Positions 38,201 to 53,800 of a stretch of DNA of 64,000 nucleotides are shown here, in pieces. The position numbers were made by a program, and so were the translations under genes. Source of the stretch: Raillietiella orientalis (lineage: Eukaryota); contig JAYWIR010000024.1 in assembly GCA_036172245.1 (NCBI GenBank), forward strand, positions 186,001-250,000, in the 5' to 3' direction. Position 1 is the first letter of the stretch. Each line of letters begins with the position of its first letter. The notes beneath the pieces are model-generated. The model saw only the letters and a list, made by a program, of their open reading frames with translations, had not been told where the DNA came from and made no database searches.

Positions 38201-39900
38201 AAACCCATAGCAGATGTCTGCTGTTTCAGGAAAAGCACCAAAGCTTCAAAATAATTTTTGAATTATATATTATTCAGTCTTAAATGATGACAACTACATG
38301 TTGGCTTCTCTTTTGCAAACATGAACCAAAAATCACTAACTTTATTCAGCTGATGATGTTTATTTATACATGAAGATTTTACAAACTCAGATACTTAGAT
38401 TGAACACCCAGATTTGAATTTTATGAACCATTACACAATTTGAAAATTTTAGTTGTGTTCAGTCTGAAAAGATAGAGCACAAATTTATAGATGAATGCTA
38501 AGTGACTGTTCTTTGAGAGCACAGACATAAATCCAGTGGATCACGAATGCTTTGAAACTGAAAAACTGAATCAACTTGATTACATGTTGGACCAAGAAAT
38601 CCTGCAATCTCGTAAATAAGTAACTTGTCCATGGATAATTAATTTAGTAAAGGAAAGGAACACATATTAATGAGCTGATAGGATAATATATAAAGAACTC
38701 CCAAAGATGAATACCCACTTTAAAACAAGTTGTTGATTTTCTTTATTTTGTGGAAAAAATAATTTAAAATGGTACAGCAGAACTGAACGATATCACTGAA
38801 AATGTTTTTCTGTCTTATTGCAATTAAGCATACAGCTATATTAGTTATAATCACAAATTGAATAAAAATTAAGCATAATTTTTCAAATCAATGTATTTAT
38901 CATTTAATTAGGAAAGACCAGAAATATGAATTCACTCATGTATACTTAATGACATCTGCACTTTTTGTTTTACTCCTTGAACGGAATTGATTTAATTACA
39001 TTCGCATTATGTACTTATGAAAGTCATAATGGCAGAACAAATGATATTTTCATTCGAATCATATCATATGCTAGCTAACTTTTCCTGAGAATCTTCAGGA
39101 ATCCTTTGGTTACAATGTAATAAAAAATACATGAACCATTTTACTAGTTTGTCATATACTTGAAAATTCATTTGTTGAAGAATTATTATGACATCAGATA
39201 ATAAGCCTTCTTTATTCCACAAACATTCCTTTAGAAATGAAAGAGTAACATTATGCTGTTAAAGTTGATATTTTTAAAGCTCAAATGTTATATAATAGTA
39301 TTGTGGTAATAGCAGTTCCAATTTAAAACAATAGAGATTGATTTCAATATGTATACGATGATTTTTCAACAAACTAATTCTCAAATAACAAATTAAAAGA
39401 ATAATATTTTAATGAATAATAAACCATTTAATGAATAAAATATAAATTAAAAGAATAATAAAAACAAATTAAAAGAATACAACAAGTTACAGTTGTTTTT
39501 ACAAACTGCGTAATCCAAATGCATTTTTTCTGTCTTACAGGGATTCATTATGTTTATTGTTTCCAAAAAACTAACGAAGTAAAGCATCTGAATACTTTGT
39601 ATAATCGTGCAATGTATTTATCCAGTATTGCATTGAAAGGCGGTTTACAAGGGATACAGGCTTTGAATCTGAAAGCTAACTTTTGAAAAGTAATTTGAAA
39701 GCTCGACAATACTGATATTCGATAGTTTCATAATGCAAAGCTAGCAAGCGTTTGCAGCTTTCAAGGAAGTTTTCACCATATAATTGGAAATGTTTGCAAG
39801 ACCACAGCAAAAAAAATGATTCTGTATCAGCAATGTTGCTGGTAAGCTGCCTCTCATGGTTAGGAATTCAAGCATTGCATCAATGTTATTGTATTAAAAA

Positions 39901-42646
39901 ATGTTAACAAATGAAAAAATGCATAATCTTCCTGCAAAAATTTCTCTTGTTGAATATGAGGACTCGAGCTCCAATTCTGACCCAGAAAACTTTGGAAAAG
40001 GTGAATTGTTACCGGTTGTTAGTTCGGTGCAAACCGGTATCCCTCATTTTGGTAAAAAACAAAGCCCAACAAATACATCACCGGATTTTTTGAGTGGCGT
40101 ATTAAATGTCAACATAGAATTCAAAGAAAGTGAAGAGGAGTTGAACAAATTTGAAGCTTATAAACATGAGGAAGTGGTGGACTCCGCAAAGTTTGGTATG
40201 GATGTAGATGAGTTATCACAAATTTCAAATGCCAAAGAAATTGAAGCAACCACGTACATTGATAATATTTCTGGTAAATTTTATTGATTTTTCGTGTCCT
40301 TAAGGTTCTGCAAATTCATTGGTATGATTTATTAATAATGATTCTTTAATAGCCTAAATTTCTATGCATGATAGATGTACTCTTGATTAAGTTTGCAACT
40401 GTCTAAGAATGCATCTCATTATGAAGTGATTAAAGAAAAGTATATCTCAAGATAGTTAAATCATTAGAGCTAGGTGTGTTTGCACTTTTCATGAGAACTG
40501 CGTTGTTCAAATTTGACAACAGCTACATGAAGTCTTTTTATAATTATAGCTGGTTGTATTGAAGTGAATGTTGCTGTTAATGTTGTAGTGTTTTCCACGG
40601 ATGATGCATCAGTGGAGAGACATGTATCAGATGAAGGAACACTGCTACATGTTTATGATGAAGAATCAGTGTCTTCAGCAGATTATCAAAGCAGTCATAC
40701 AACACCTAGGTCACAAACCCCTTCTAGAACTCTCCCTCTAACTAATCCTCAAGTAAGTATGTACCTTATTTAATTGATTATATATTAATTAGATATAACT
40801 GATTGATTAATTATACCTGCGCTCAACAAGAGCTTGTCTGCAATTTCTCACATGATAAGTAAATTTTGATTGAAACTTCATACCATTATTTTAGGATGAG
40901 GAATCCATGAGTAGCACAAGCAGTATTAAAAGAAAACAGTTAGAGCATGTAGAGCCATTTGATCCAGAAAAGTAGGATGGACATGACTTTATTTGTTAAT
41001 GCTGTTTTTCTCAGCCATGGCCCTATCTCTGCTGAACAAATGCTTGAATATCAATGGCCTTGTGGGGCTGGGCACTGGTATCTTCTCCAAGAACAGCTTG
41101 GTCAATACTTAAACTGCAGTAATTTGGGAGATCGATACCCTATGATGAGGAGGCGCATTGTTGAGCGAGGAGAATTAGATTTCCTTCGTAATCGTGGCTT
41201 ATTGAGAGAATCTACCATGAATGTGAATTACAGTCTGACAGCTATTCTCTCCCAGGAAGCCCTTATAGTTCTGCAGACAGATTTTCCAGATAAATATGAT
41301 ATATTGCAAAAAGTTCTCCAGGAACGCAAGTTAAACCAAGAACGAACCAAAAGTAAGAATTGTTGCATGTGGAGGAGGTGATGGCCTTCCAGTAGCTACC
41401 CAGAATACAGTTCCAGCAGATCGAGCTAAACTGCAGAGATTAGCCATTCAAAATGCTGCTGATTGGAATCAGAAGCTGAATCGTTCCAAACGACGCTACT
41501 GTTTTGATCTGCAAACTTTCACTATCCAAGGACCTGTTTCCCAGGAAAAGCAGTACAAATCATGTCCATTTGGAGAGTATCCTGTAGCATTATTACCTGG
41601 TCAGTTCTGTAATTATTATAAGGAGTATGTATGCAGGATTCACAATTCATTATTCTATCAATCATTTTTTATAGGTATACTAGTGTGGAATTAAAGTATC
41701 TGCCAATTAACTCTGTATTGTATGGGCCACCCACCAACTCCAGTCAGTTGGGACAGTTACCTATGTCAGATGGCAGTTTGTCACCATCAGAAAACAGCAG
41801 CTCTGATGAGGAAGATAATGAAAGGTCAGATTAGCCCTGAAGTCTTGTGTACTACCACCATGCCAGCTCCAGTAGTGGTAGTTCCCAGGAGCTGCCTGTT
41901 TCACCAGATGCTCTTTGTAAGGTGTGTTCAAGAAACAAATGTCAGAATAAGGAGGGGAAATCAGAGCAGATGGTTACGTGTGCTAAATGTAGCACTAGTG
42001 GACATCCTTCTTGTCTACAGATCTTAGATGAATCGATTGCACATGTTCGTGCATATAAGTGGCAGTGCCAGGACTGCAAAACTTGCTATCTGTGCAAGGA
42101 TCCAGATGATGAAGATAAAATGATATTTTGTGATCTCTGTGATCGAGGGTGAGTAGATAGCTCCGTGAAAAAAGTCAAGCCACAGACAGGTATCACATAT
42201 ATTGTATTGGTTTGAGAAAAGTGCCCCAAGGTCGGTGGCACTGTTCTATATGTGCTGTTTGTGGTTCTTGTGGTAGTCGCACTCCATGGGGTAATGAAAA
42301 TGACCGGAATGCCCAGTGGCAACATGAGGTACGCAAATTATGCTAATACTTTCTTGGCATGTCTTCGTAGTATGCAGATCGGAAGTATGTGCGCACTTAT
42401 TGTCAGCCTTGCTATCGATTATATAGAAGAGCCATGTTTTGTGCTATTTGTTATCAGTGCTCAAACAGCCCTAAAGAGCATAACATGCAGCAATGTAGCA
42501 AGTGTGATCGTTGGGTTCATGTGCAATGTGACCCAAATTCCCAACTACCTAATAATATCACCAATTATGCATGTCCTTTTTGCTTTGAGAAAAAAAGACG
42601 ACCTGGTAGACCTCCTTCAAAGAAAACTGCAGTGCAGGTTTCATGA
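39901..42646 (+). CDS. PHF10: PHD finger protein 10 / SAYP-like PBAF subunit; start and stop exons uncertain
   Basis: SAY-like domain (EYQWP...YLLQEQLGQYL, YPVALLPGQFCNYYK..Y..ELKYLP). Tandem PHD (C.KC..SGHPSCL, WQCQDCKTC, FCDLCDRGYHIYC) plus further Cys/His fingers (CSKCDRWVHVQC). Confidence 0.9.
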
Positions 42647-43324
42647 ATTTATTTATTCAGTTCAGTCCCACCAACTTTCTCGGACACTTTTGGAAGTGAA
42701 ATAAAATTTTCAACATATGTTAAAACCAGTAGATTGGAGTGTTTTTTTCCATTTGGGAATGAGAACTTTTTTGACTTAAATCTTCATGTATGCAGGATGA
42801 AAGCAGTGTATCTAGAAATAAATGCTTTGATGCTTATTTGCATTAGTTGCAAACTATCAGTGATACTGTAGAGGTTAAAACATGCTGTTTCTGAACTGCA
42901 TTCAATTTTGATTAAATGTAACTGAATTTTTCATTTTAAATGTGCTTTGAATTCTTTGTAATGCTAACTGTATAAAAAAGTGCATTTATTCTTATGTTCA
43001 AACTTTATTATAATTTTACATTCTCCTAATACTTACTGTTTCTACCAGCCCAATCAGTTGATTTTCCCATATTGGTCAATCCCGACATTTTCGATTTCTA
43101 GAATCTTAACAGGAATCGTCTCTTTTTAAAATGCACTTTTTGCATGCTGGAAATGCTTGCTTCAAAGCATGCAGCAGCTATATTATAAAAGATTCTTGTG
43201 CAGCACTTGTTTGCTATGCATATCTGGTAAGTTCCTCCCTCCTCCACAGAAAAAAAATCCCTGATCCAGAAAGTTGTTTATGGTTTGAGGTTTTCATTAC
43301 TGGGGAGTAATAAAATGAACTTGT

Positions 43325-45523
43325 TTACTGTGACAGAGAAACCACTCTTTGCTTTTTTTCCAAATGACATTTGGTTATTTTCAAATAAGCCACTGGGGCA
43401 AAAATGTTATCAGAATCCACAATTATTTCAGAGTCATCTCTAAAAGAAATACTTTTTCAGCCAATGACAATTCATTATCTTACATGACAATTTTTTCACC
43501 AAAAACAGAACAGTCCAATACTAGGGTTTCATATTCTCCTCCTTCACCACAGATGCTCATTCCAGAATGACTTTTCTAGAAATTTTGACATACATGATGT
43601 CAATTATTAAATTCACCTTACTAAATGATGGAGTTGCGTTATTACATTCTTTAAATTGGCACCCAAAAATGGTTTTATTGTTAATCCCATAGAACACACT
43701 TTTATAATAATTATCTGCATGCCACAATCAAGCATATTCTTCAGCAAAGAATCTTCATTTTGATGCCATAGATACATTAAAGGAATTACCCTCAATCTTG
43801 AGCAACTATTGTTATTGTAACAGGAAATTATCAAATATTTCTTAACTTACACATTTTCTATGCGAGAACGCTGATATTCAGAACAAATGGCACCACTGCA
43901 AACAGCATCAAAGGATATTTTACCCTAGCGAAAATACTTTAAAAAAATAATTTATTCTGTATGTTGAATTCTACTTGCTTCCCATATTCAAGTACAAGAG
44001 TTCTGTACATATTTTTTTATTTCACCCATCCTTCACAATTACACTTTAAAAAGTTAAGAAAAAAAATCGATGCATTTTCCACAACACAAACTGTGATCTT
44101 TCTGAAATCCTCACAAAGACACAAGAACCAAAATGCAACTAATGCTACAAACACCTGCAGAATGGTCTTGGATAGCAATCATGGCATGACAAGAGAGACA
44201 AATTAACAAAAGTGAATGAAAGTCTTTGTAAAAACACAAACATAATGGAGAATTAGAAACAGAATAAAATACAGACAATTACATTGTGAAAAAGTTTGGG
44301 AATATTTACTTTGTCCTGGAGAAAAAAAAAATATTTCACAATTTCCATTTGTGCTTATTTACATGATCACAAAAACTATAAAAGACAGTCTCTCTGATGA
44401 GATCAGATTAAATTGAAATACTACAGAACAAAGATTCACTAATGAAACTTTAAGGTGAAAGCAAATTTCTGCCTACAATGTGCTACATTTTTGACTCTTT
44501 TAGTTTCAATTTTTTATAGAGACAATGACGAAGTAATACAACTGGAATCCTAACTCACATGCCTTTTAAGCACACCATGCACTGAGCAACTAGAGTGTTC
44601 CAAAATTATCACACAAAATTCCAGAAGCATATCAGGAAAAATTCTTTTTAACAAAATCTCATGTGAATTGAATTCAGATAAAATTCCCTTGGAAACCAGG
44701 AAACAAAAGGTATTTATGGTACACTTAAATTCAATACATTGTGAGAGCAAGTCATCAAACAGGACTGAGTATTGATGGCAAGTTAACTACCAAAACAAAT
44801 TCTTATCATGGTAACAATATGTGACCATAATAGAATGTCAATTCACATGCTCACATGATGTTCATAAATAACTTTTATCAAAACACTTCTACGCATCTAA
44901 ATGAGACATACTGAATTGGGCATGCTAAACTTAAAAAATCAATGAACAGTAAAGTATGGAGTGTTAAACAATAGTTCAATCAAGGAAAACCTCAACTTGA
45001 TTACATGTGGCACAACTAACCAGGAAATTACTAGCTTTTTTCTTTATGATGAAGTAAATAATTTAAAATAATTCCGCATTTCAGAAAGATAGTAAAGACC
45101 TCATGCAACATGCAATAACAATTCTTCATGATCACAACTTAATACCAAAAACACAACCAAAATCAAAATACTTGAATATTTTTGAGCAACTTGAAGAGGT
45201 CTTCAGTTTCATCACCAGGTGATGGGGCATATTTGAGGTCCTGACTGATAGGTGATCCAGAAATAATTTGCCTGAAGAGTGGCAGATTCATTATATCCGC
45301 ATAATAGGGTATTACTTCTTGACCCACTGACTGATACATCATACTGTCTATTTCATCTGTGAAATAAACAAAAAACTAAAACAAATAATACAAAAATAAT
45401 CAAATAACCTTCACATTCAGGATGTAAATTGGCAAGAGCAACAAGTTCATGACCAGCATCAACACACTGCATGACATTATACCAACTATCTTTACCGCCA
45501 CTGATAAGAGCAACCACTCTCAT
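43325..45523 (-). CDS. DPH6: Diphthine--ammonia ligase (ATP-binding domain protein 4)
   Basis: MRVVALISGGKDS, EIDSMMYQSVG, GDETEDL, AVAVGAICSEYQRSRIENV, PLMYLW, ICGEGGEYETLVLDC, APVAYL. Several short introns and one intron of about 1.2 kb. Confidence 0.95.
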
Positions 45524-48500
45524 TTGGCTTATGATCACCAAAAACTATGTCCTCCAAAATTATCTAACATAAACATGCATCTGCAAATAAGAAATCAATT
45601 CAGAAAGCATAACTGAATACCTTTGTACATGCTCTGCTAACTTTCAGTTTGGTAGTTAAAACCAAACCAAATCAAATATCTGTGCAATGATGAAATTACA
45701 TACTGAGCATACATTAATACTCGAAATCATGCCTAGTTTTGTGATTAATCTACTGATTTTATTCTCCTGCACATACTCCAAGCACCAATGCAGAAGGTTA
45801 AGATATCTGCACAGTTACCCATCAATGTAAAAATCTGGAATGTTCTCATATTGCCACTTAATAGATTCTGAATACAAAAGATAATTGTGATTTCGGTAAT
45901 TGCTTTTAGGCTTCTCATTAAGCTCAGATGCTTGAGCAACAAAGTTTCTGATACTCATAAAATACTTAAAAAGACTGAATGCTGCTCACTTCCGTTACAT
46001 GAATTTTTTTAACACTCTTTTCATTTTCATGTGTCAGGAAAACATTAGCAACAAACTCTGTAACAAAAACCTATGAAATACTTAAAAAGACCTTGCTTGC
46101 ATATGTTCGTGTTTCCCTTTCTTTTTGCTTTTCAAGTGAGGATACGTTAAAGTGTCAAAGTTGTTTGTTGTTTACTTCCAGAGTTTTCTAACAGTGGCCC
46201 AATAGTTCAATTTCCCTACTTGTTGCTTTAAGCAACTTTAAGATGGCGAAAATAAACTATTAGAAACAATCTGCAAAACTTTAAAGGAAGAAAAAAATAA
46301 GTCCACTTTGGAAAGTAATCACAAGCCTCGATAAAAATATCCCTGAAACAACAAGTGATACATTGCCTGCCGTCAATTCCATCACAAAAACTTGACTTTT
46401 TGGCTTGAATTTCTTTTAAACACTTACTCTAATAGGTCACAAATCATAAGAATGATAAGTAACAAAAAACTTCACATAAACTTCATAAAACCTTTACACA
46501 AAACATTGATTCACATAAGCAGAATCAATGCTTCCCACATAATTATCAAAAAATCCGCATCAAACGCCGTACACATCATATTAGACAAATGTACATTCTT
46601 TCGAATTTCGTTCTCAAATCGCTCCATGAAAACAAATAAAGTTTTCCCGGCTATTTTATTCAACTTCGATTTCGAATATGGTCGTAAATGAATGGAAATG
46701 ACTTAAAAATGATTGAAAACGCGAGATTCAAAAGATGAAAATAACTAGAAGTTTTGCATACCGTAACTTCGAGAAACCACCAATTACCAAAAACCATCCC
46801 ATAGCATTCAATACTGCGGAAACCGATAGAACAATTATTCATTATAGGTATTTTTCTTTGAACGTTGCCGTAACGCTATTTGGAAAGCCATCACTCACCC
46901 CGACTGATCACAGCAATTATTTCATGTTTACTTCACACCAAGAGTATATGTTGTAAGCGTACGGCTGGCATAACAACTTCCACCACGGATCCCCCGCTTG
47001 GTAAGCGACACCTCGATCTGATCCGTATTTACCGAATCAGGAATACTGAGGATATTTCAGTTTGTGTATGGATTTATTGAATCTAAGGCTAGGATTGATA
47101 GAAACATCTCATTACAAGTTTGAAATGAATACAAAGACATACTGACAATTAAAGCAGCTGCACAAAATAACAGTTATAGTAAACAAACTTCAAGGAAGCC
47201 CGGCTAACTTTTGGAAGCCACGGAAACTGTATAATCACTAAGCAAATTCCTAAATGATCCTCAGCTTTTTGGAAAATGATAAAACAATTGAAAATAATAG
47301 CGCTTCCTTCACATTTTTGAAATACCAAATTTATCTCGTTTCGAGGATGTGTGCAAGTCACCAAAATTAGAGAATGCAGAGTAATGTTTATAACGTACAT
47401 GTCGACTAAATGTCATAAAATGTAGAATTGCTTTTATTTTGAGCATTTAATATGATAGGTTAATGGAGTACTCTTCTTATATATCATAACCTTCCTCAGA
47501 TGTATGCTCACTTTGTGGCTCTTCTCATTAAGGCTTTATTTATTCCCATTCTCATTCTTTGTTGCGTTTCTTCTCCAATGTAAAATTCTGCTCTAAATCT
47601 TCTTACTATTTTGTTACCATTTCCCTACTACAATGAGCTCAACGAGTTTTGGAACTTCATAGTTGAAATCTGTCAAGGTGTTGGTCTTGTGAATTTTTAT
47701 GATTCAAAGAATTGTGAAACCTGCATGCTGTGAGTAGTGGTATATCCTCTAATCTCTTCCAATATGGGATGACGATGATGATGATCGTTAGTAAATACAT
47801 AGATCATAGACGAAAAAAATAGCCCCAAATCAGAGTGTAATCATATAACACTGTTTCCAAATAGACAACTTCCAAATAATATAATTCCTTTCATCTTATG
47901 GGATCATGATCATGATCTGTGCTTCATGTTTGATATTTTACGAACTGCATATTTCCACAGCTTCTCGAACTGTCACACACTGAACTTGTTTCCCGGGTAA
48001 CTTAATTTTTATAAATGAATGCAATCAGGTCTTCTAATTTTTTTCCTACAAGGAAGCATTCATTTTGACTGCGTTCAATATGGATTATGATCAACAAATA
48101 CTCATAATTGTTTCAGTCAGTATGTGATCTCTTCATTTTTCAACCTGGCATGCATTCCACAATCATATTTATGAAAACAGTGCTTTCCAAATGTATTTTT
48201 GGAGATTCACAAAGCATTCAACACATTGTATTATTATTCAAAATACTCTGATTCCAAATTACTAGTACTTCTATAGATTGAACTTTCATTTTCTTCCATT
48301 CATCCTTACTTCGGTTTTTAATTTTCCAAGTCTCTGTGTTACTTGAAGTTTCCTAATCTGCTTTCTCCTTGTCTCTGGAATTGACAATTAAGCTGGAAAG
48401 TAGAAGATTCGCTCACCTTGCAGCCATCCATAACTAAATGGAGGCAGAATTAGATTACTAATATGCATTCAGAATGATTTCCTAAAATCTCAGAAACATT

Positions 48501-50863
48501 TCCACATTCTCATATCATTAAAGGAAGGTTTCTTGCTGGAGAGGTTACCTCACAAAACTGTGCCATATAAACCATTATTTTAAAGAAAGATTCCACGGCT
48601 ATAAGATTCCATTCAGCCATAAGATCAAAGAATTATTTTTAATCCACGAGCTCAATTCCATATAGGTCCAGTTTTTCAAGGATTCTTTTTCGTATTAAAA
48701 AATGCACTGAACATTGGCATATTTTTATTAGTCTCGTGTATTCACGGAATATTTGAATAATTTTTCTCCAGCCTTATAAATCAAATTTATCGTTGAAGAA
48801 TTGCATCCCTAGTACTATTGAATCAAATTCTTCGCTTGCAAGAAAATATACTTTAAATTTTATGAACAAAAATGAATATTTTCTTTATTGTTCTAAAATA
48901 ATAGGTATTTTTGAAAAATAAATAAATAAAACCCTTTAAAAGTGGATGTTAAATTTTTGTAGCTTTGAATTTTCTGTTTTCAGTTTTGGAGCTTTATGTA
49001 AAAGTATAAGAACTGATCTCTGTATTACATCCCAACTAGTTTTTTGCTCAGTTTTCGAAAAAGTTAATATAGAGGTATTGCTCAAGTTTTCCTTTCCTCA
49101 ATAATGCCTTTGTTTTTCCCTTTGAATTAAATACTAAAAGTTCAAAATACATTTGCTTACAAGCTGTGAAACTATGTACTTCCGGACTCTATACAGACTT
49201 GAATTATTTTAATGATATGGTGACAATCCCTCCTCGAAACTGCACAAACAGCCATGTTTGTTATCCTAAACTGTATTCCCTGTCTGCTAGATCCCAACTC
49301 TTTCTTTCATTTCATTGTTCTACACCTTGTGATTGCCGTCTATATTTTTTGTTCCTTGCCCTTGCCCCTTGTTCCCTCATCAATGCGATTGTGTGCAATG
49401 ATTTTAGACGACGGTCTGAACAAGGATTACTAGTATAAGAAAAATTGATTCCGATAAGTTAAGCTTGACAACATAGAAATCATATAATTATATACGTGAT
49501 TTATTCATTGCCATAATAAAGATCATTGCTATTACTGAGTATAATAATTCATTTATAGGGACTTTGTAGAAGTAGTTCTTTATTAATTCCAGAGCTTTCA
49601 ATATTTCGCATTGTACTTCCTATTTGCATTGTATCTTTCCTTTCGTTTTATTTATGATCCATAGACCAATATTAGGGAGAATTTGCTGACTTTTGTAATA
49701 AAATTTTCAATTTTCAATTGGTATGCCAGGATTCATGCATTAATCGACAATCAGATTCCATCATTAATGCCTCATTCATCATATGGGGTATTGCTTACAA
49801 TTTGCTTTAATTTTATTTGAGAAATCTTGAAAAATATGGTGGTCAGCATTTTTTTAAAAAAATTTAGCTAAACAATTGAGCAAGTACTTATAAATCTTAA
49901 CAAAAGCATTTTTGTCTTTTTTTGGTTCTATTTAATTTTGTAATTAAAGAAAATAACATTATGCTTTTCATGTTACAAAAATCTACCAAAAATTATGTTG
50001 TTTTTTTAAAAATGAACTGTTACCTGTAAGATGTGAATTGATTTATTACTTTAATCAGTACATTCCTAAAGTTTTTGGTACGAATTATAATATGCAATTC
50101 TATTCCACAAGAGCCAGGATTAATTGCAATAAACATACTATTATTGTTGACTTCTTCATTATATCCTTGTCAACCTTCGTTCTCTTATTTTAAAAACTGA
50201 TTTATTTTTAGATTTCGTGTTATATGCACTTATTCAACTGATTCAGAACTCAATTTATGAATATGCTTCCCTTTTTTTAGAAATATAAATACTTAGTCGA
50301 ACAATTCTAAGTCTCTTCAACTATATTTCAACTTATTTCAACATTGTGTTTTCATATCATCGTTATATCGAAGATTTCGTAGAGATTTTTCAATCAATGT
50401 GTATGCAGAGTAAGGCAGCTAGCATTCACTAAAACTATTGTCTTTAACAGATATAAACTGTCGGCTTTTGTCATTGAACAATAGAATATTTTAAACTCAA
50501 AATTGAGAATTTCTTTCATCAAAAGGTGAGATTTCTGACTTGTGCGTTGTTGAGACTTTCGTATGAAATTTTGCGAAAAGATTCTGTGGATGGAAAGAAA
50601 TCCTCTTGTATTATTTATTTTGCGAGTAAAAAGGATGGTCAAGGCAAATCTACTTTCAATAATTATGGTCAGTGGAAGATAGAAAAATACAAAATGCTGA
50701 TGAATCAGGAAGGTATTCGATTATGTAGCATTGTCCTATTCTGTGGTAGTTGAGTTTGTTGTTGAAATTAGTGTCCCATATCGAGGATATGACGATATTG
50801 TAAATGAAGGACCATGTTGTATCGAATGGAAAATCCCCTCAGGAAAAAAATTCGAGGCTAAAG

Positions 50864-53800
50864 ATGTCAGAGATTGAAGAACTTAAAGTGAGTTTTACTG
50901 GTGGTACTTAGTAGTGCTTCTAGAAAGTTAAGAAAAATAGATTGCATGTTGTAATTTCAGTAAAATTATATGTGTGCATAATCGAGATCTTTTTATCTAA
51001 TTTAAGAAAATGATTATGTCCTTCCGTGTAACGGAATTGCAAATGTTGCTAACTTTTGCTGGCAACAGTAAAATGGGTCGCAAAACTGAATTGCAAAATA
51101 GGGCATTGCGTCTTTTGGATAAACCGCAGAATAGCATTCTTGGAATGAAGATACGTGAATTATATAAGATAAATAACCATATAAGGTAAATGAAAATTGT
51201 TTATTTTATTCTTGTTGTAATTGTTTTTTATTTTAGTTCTGTACAAACAAATAATATTACCCAACAGACATTGCCATTGCCTAAGGCAGTTGTGTATCCT
51301 ACTTGTCAGGAAAATCAGAGAATGACTCAGGTACATGTTTAACGTTTTCTGATTTCTGCGTTGAAGCTTTCTTTTAGTGGTATCTCTAATGAATTTCAAT
51401 ATTTCAGAATGTTAATTCTTTTAATGCATCTGCTGTATCTAGTGCTGGTTATTCAGCTACAAAACCTGTCTTGCAGAGCACAAATATTTACCCTATTCAT
51501 CCTGATGTCAGATTGAAAAAAGTTCCATTTTATGATGTGTTAGCTGAATTGCTTCAGCCATCAACTTTAGGTAGCTGAAAGTATCTTTGAACCTTTGTGA
51601 TTTGTGATTTATGAAAAGCAAATCTTGCAGTCATTGAATTAAATCTTTGTAGCTCATATGAACATGCAGTCTCGATTTCAAGAAATGTCATTTATGTTTT
51701 ATTTGACTCCTGAACAAGCTAATGCTATAGCATTTTCTCGTGATTTTCGTAATGGTTTCAAGGTGGAATGTTTAGTACAGGTAATTGTCTGATTTGATAT
51801 TTTTTACATAACTTATTGAGATATAGGTACAGCTTAGATTTTGTTTATTGGAAACCTCATGTGAGCAAGATGATAATCTGCCTTCAAATCTGTTTGTGAG
51901 AGTTAATGAGCGTTCATGCCCCTTACCGGTAATTCATTTTAATGCACAGCAATTTATGCTAAATTCTGCCAATTAGAATGCAGTGCCACCCAGCAAACCT
52001 GGTGTGGAACCAAAGAGATTATCACGTCCTGTTAATATAACTCCTCTGGTGAAAATTTCTCCAACAATAGCTAATCGTATCTATGTTTCATGGACAGCAG
52101 ATTATGGCAGGAATTACTGTTTAGCTGTGTACCTGGTGAAGAAATTAGATTCTAGTGATTTGTTGGATAGGTTAAAGAAAAGAGGCATCCGTAAGATGGA
52201 ACATACCAAAGCACTAAGTATTTTATACCCCATTCACTTGCATCATTTATTGCTGGTTTTAGTTAAGGAAAAGTTGGAATCGGATGCTGACAGTGAAATT
52301 GCTACAATGTCTTTAAAAGTCAGTCTCATGTGTCCTCTTGGGAAATGTATGATGCAACTTCCTTGCCGAGCCACAACTTGTAGTCATTTGCAATGTTTTG
52401 ATGCATCCTTATTTCTGCAAATGAATGAGCGTCGGTCTACTTGGATTTGTCCTGTCTGTGATCGATCTATTCTTTTTGAAAACCTTGTACTTGATGAGTA
52501 TGTACTAAGCTTGCCTGTGAGATTATCAGTGGTGTCCAGGTATTTTTTTTCTGTTCTCCAGTCATCTCAGTTGAGCAGCAACTGCAGTGAGGTTCAAGTC
52601 AGTATTGATGGTAGCTGGGTACCATTAAATCCCAAAGCACCTGAGGAAGTTATGAAAATGCGACCTTCAATTCCTGTGCAGACTCTTAGTGATGAAGACA
52701 CCAGTAAGCAAAGCTAACTTTGTGTAGCTAGTTTTCTGTTTCATTTTCTTATGAATGACTTGTATAGATTCCCCTAAAGAAGCTCATTTAGAATCTGCAG
52801 ACAAGCCTATAATGGAACCTTCTATTGAAGTCATAGATTTAATATCTGATGATGAGGACTATCCAGATGAATCTTCAAAGGTTATGAGTATTACAAATAT
52901 ACCCTTGCCACCCTTGCCTCCTTTACCTCCTGAAACCAATGTGAACTCTTCAGGCATTTCTTCCCCAGATACCATAAGGTTTGTAAACTTTTCTTGTAAC
53001 TGTGTGGTCAGTAAGAAAAAGTGTGTGTGTCTCCAGCATGTTTTATTTACCAGTAGGTAATGCACACTGGAGACACACTCTTGAGAAGATGCAACTTTTT
53101 GTGTGGACAATATGTCAAAAGCCAGACAAAAAAATCAGGCATTTTTCAAATGTACCAGTGAACCTTTTAAGATTAATTTTTTTTTTCTTAAAGCAAACGT
53201 TATTAATTGTACTTCTTGCTAGAATCATTCCTTTGTTAGTGAAAAGTATTAAAATGAGGGGAAAATTGCATTGTAAATTCTTGGTTATGCTGCAGTCGCC
53301 CTGCGAATTTATCATTTTAGTTTGGGATGTCTAGATCCTCCATGTGATAGGGGTCATAAGAAAATGTCAAAATGTGTTAAACTTAAATTATTTATTGAGA
53401 TCTTATGCATACATGTTTAGCTTTTTTTAGAATGTTGTGTTCGGTTTTTCATTTCAGTGCATTAAGTTTTTTCATTTCAATTTTCTTAGGAACACGTTTC
53501 TTCTATGAGATTACATGCCTCAAATATGGTTTTCCCATGTTTGGTTTTACTTATTGTTGAATGTTTTCATATTTTATCGCATTATTTGATTTTCCTGAAA
53601 TTAAGAAGTAGTCAAGTAGTAGTGCCAGTAGTGCTTTTGGATTTGGAAATTTACCTGGTACTTTTGCTTATGGGTTTATCTTTACTGTTTTTCTTTATTT
53701 TTTTAAGCCTTTGCAGCAGTTTTTAGCTTGATATTATTTGCTTACTGCAAACCTTGTTAATGCTATTTTCCTTTTTGTGTTGCTTTCAAGTATTCTTAAT

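Noticed and set aside
46390..50760. Coding ORFs between DPH6 and PIAS
   Set aside because: AT-rich, no recognisable domains; probably UTR, intron or promoter DNA.
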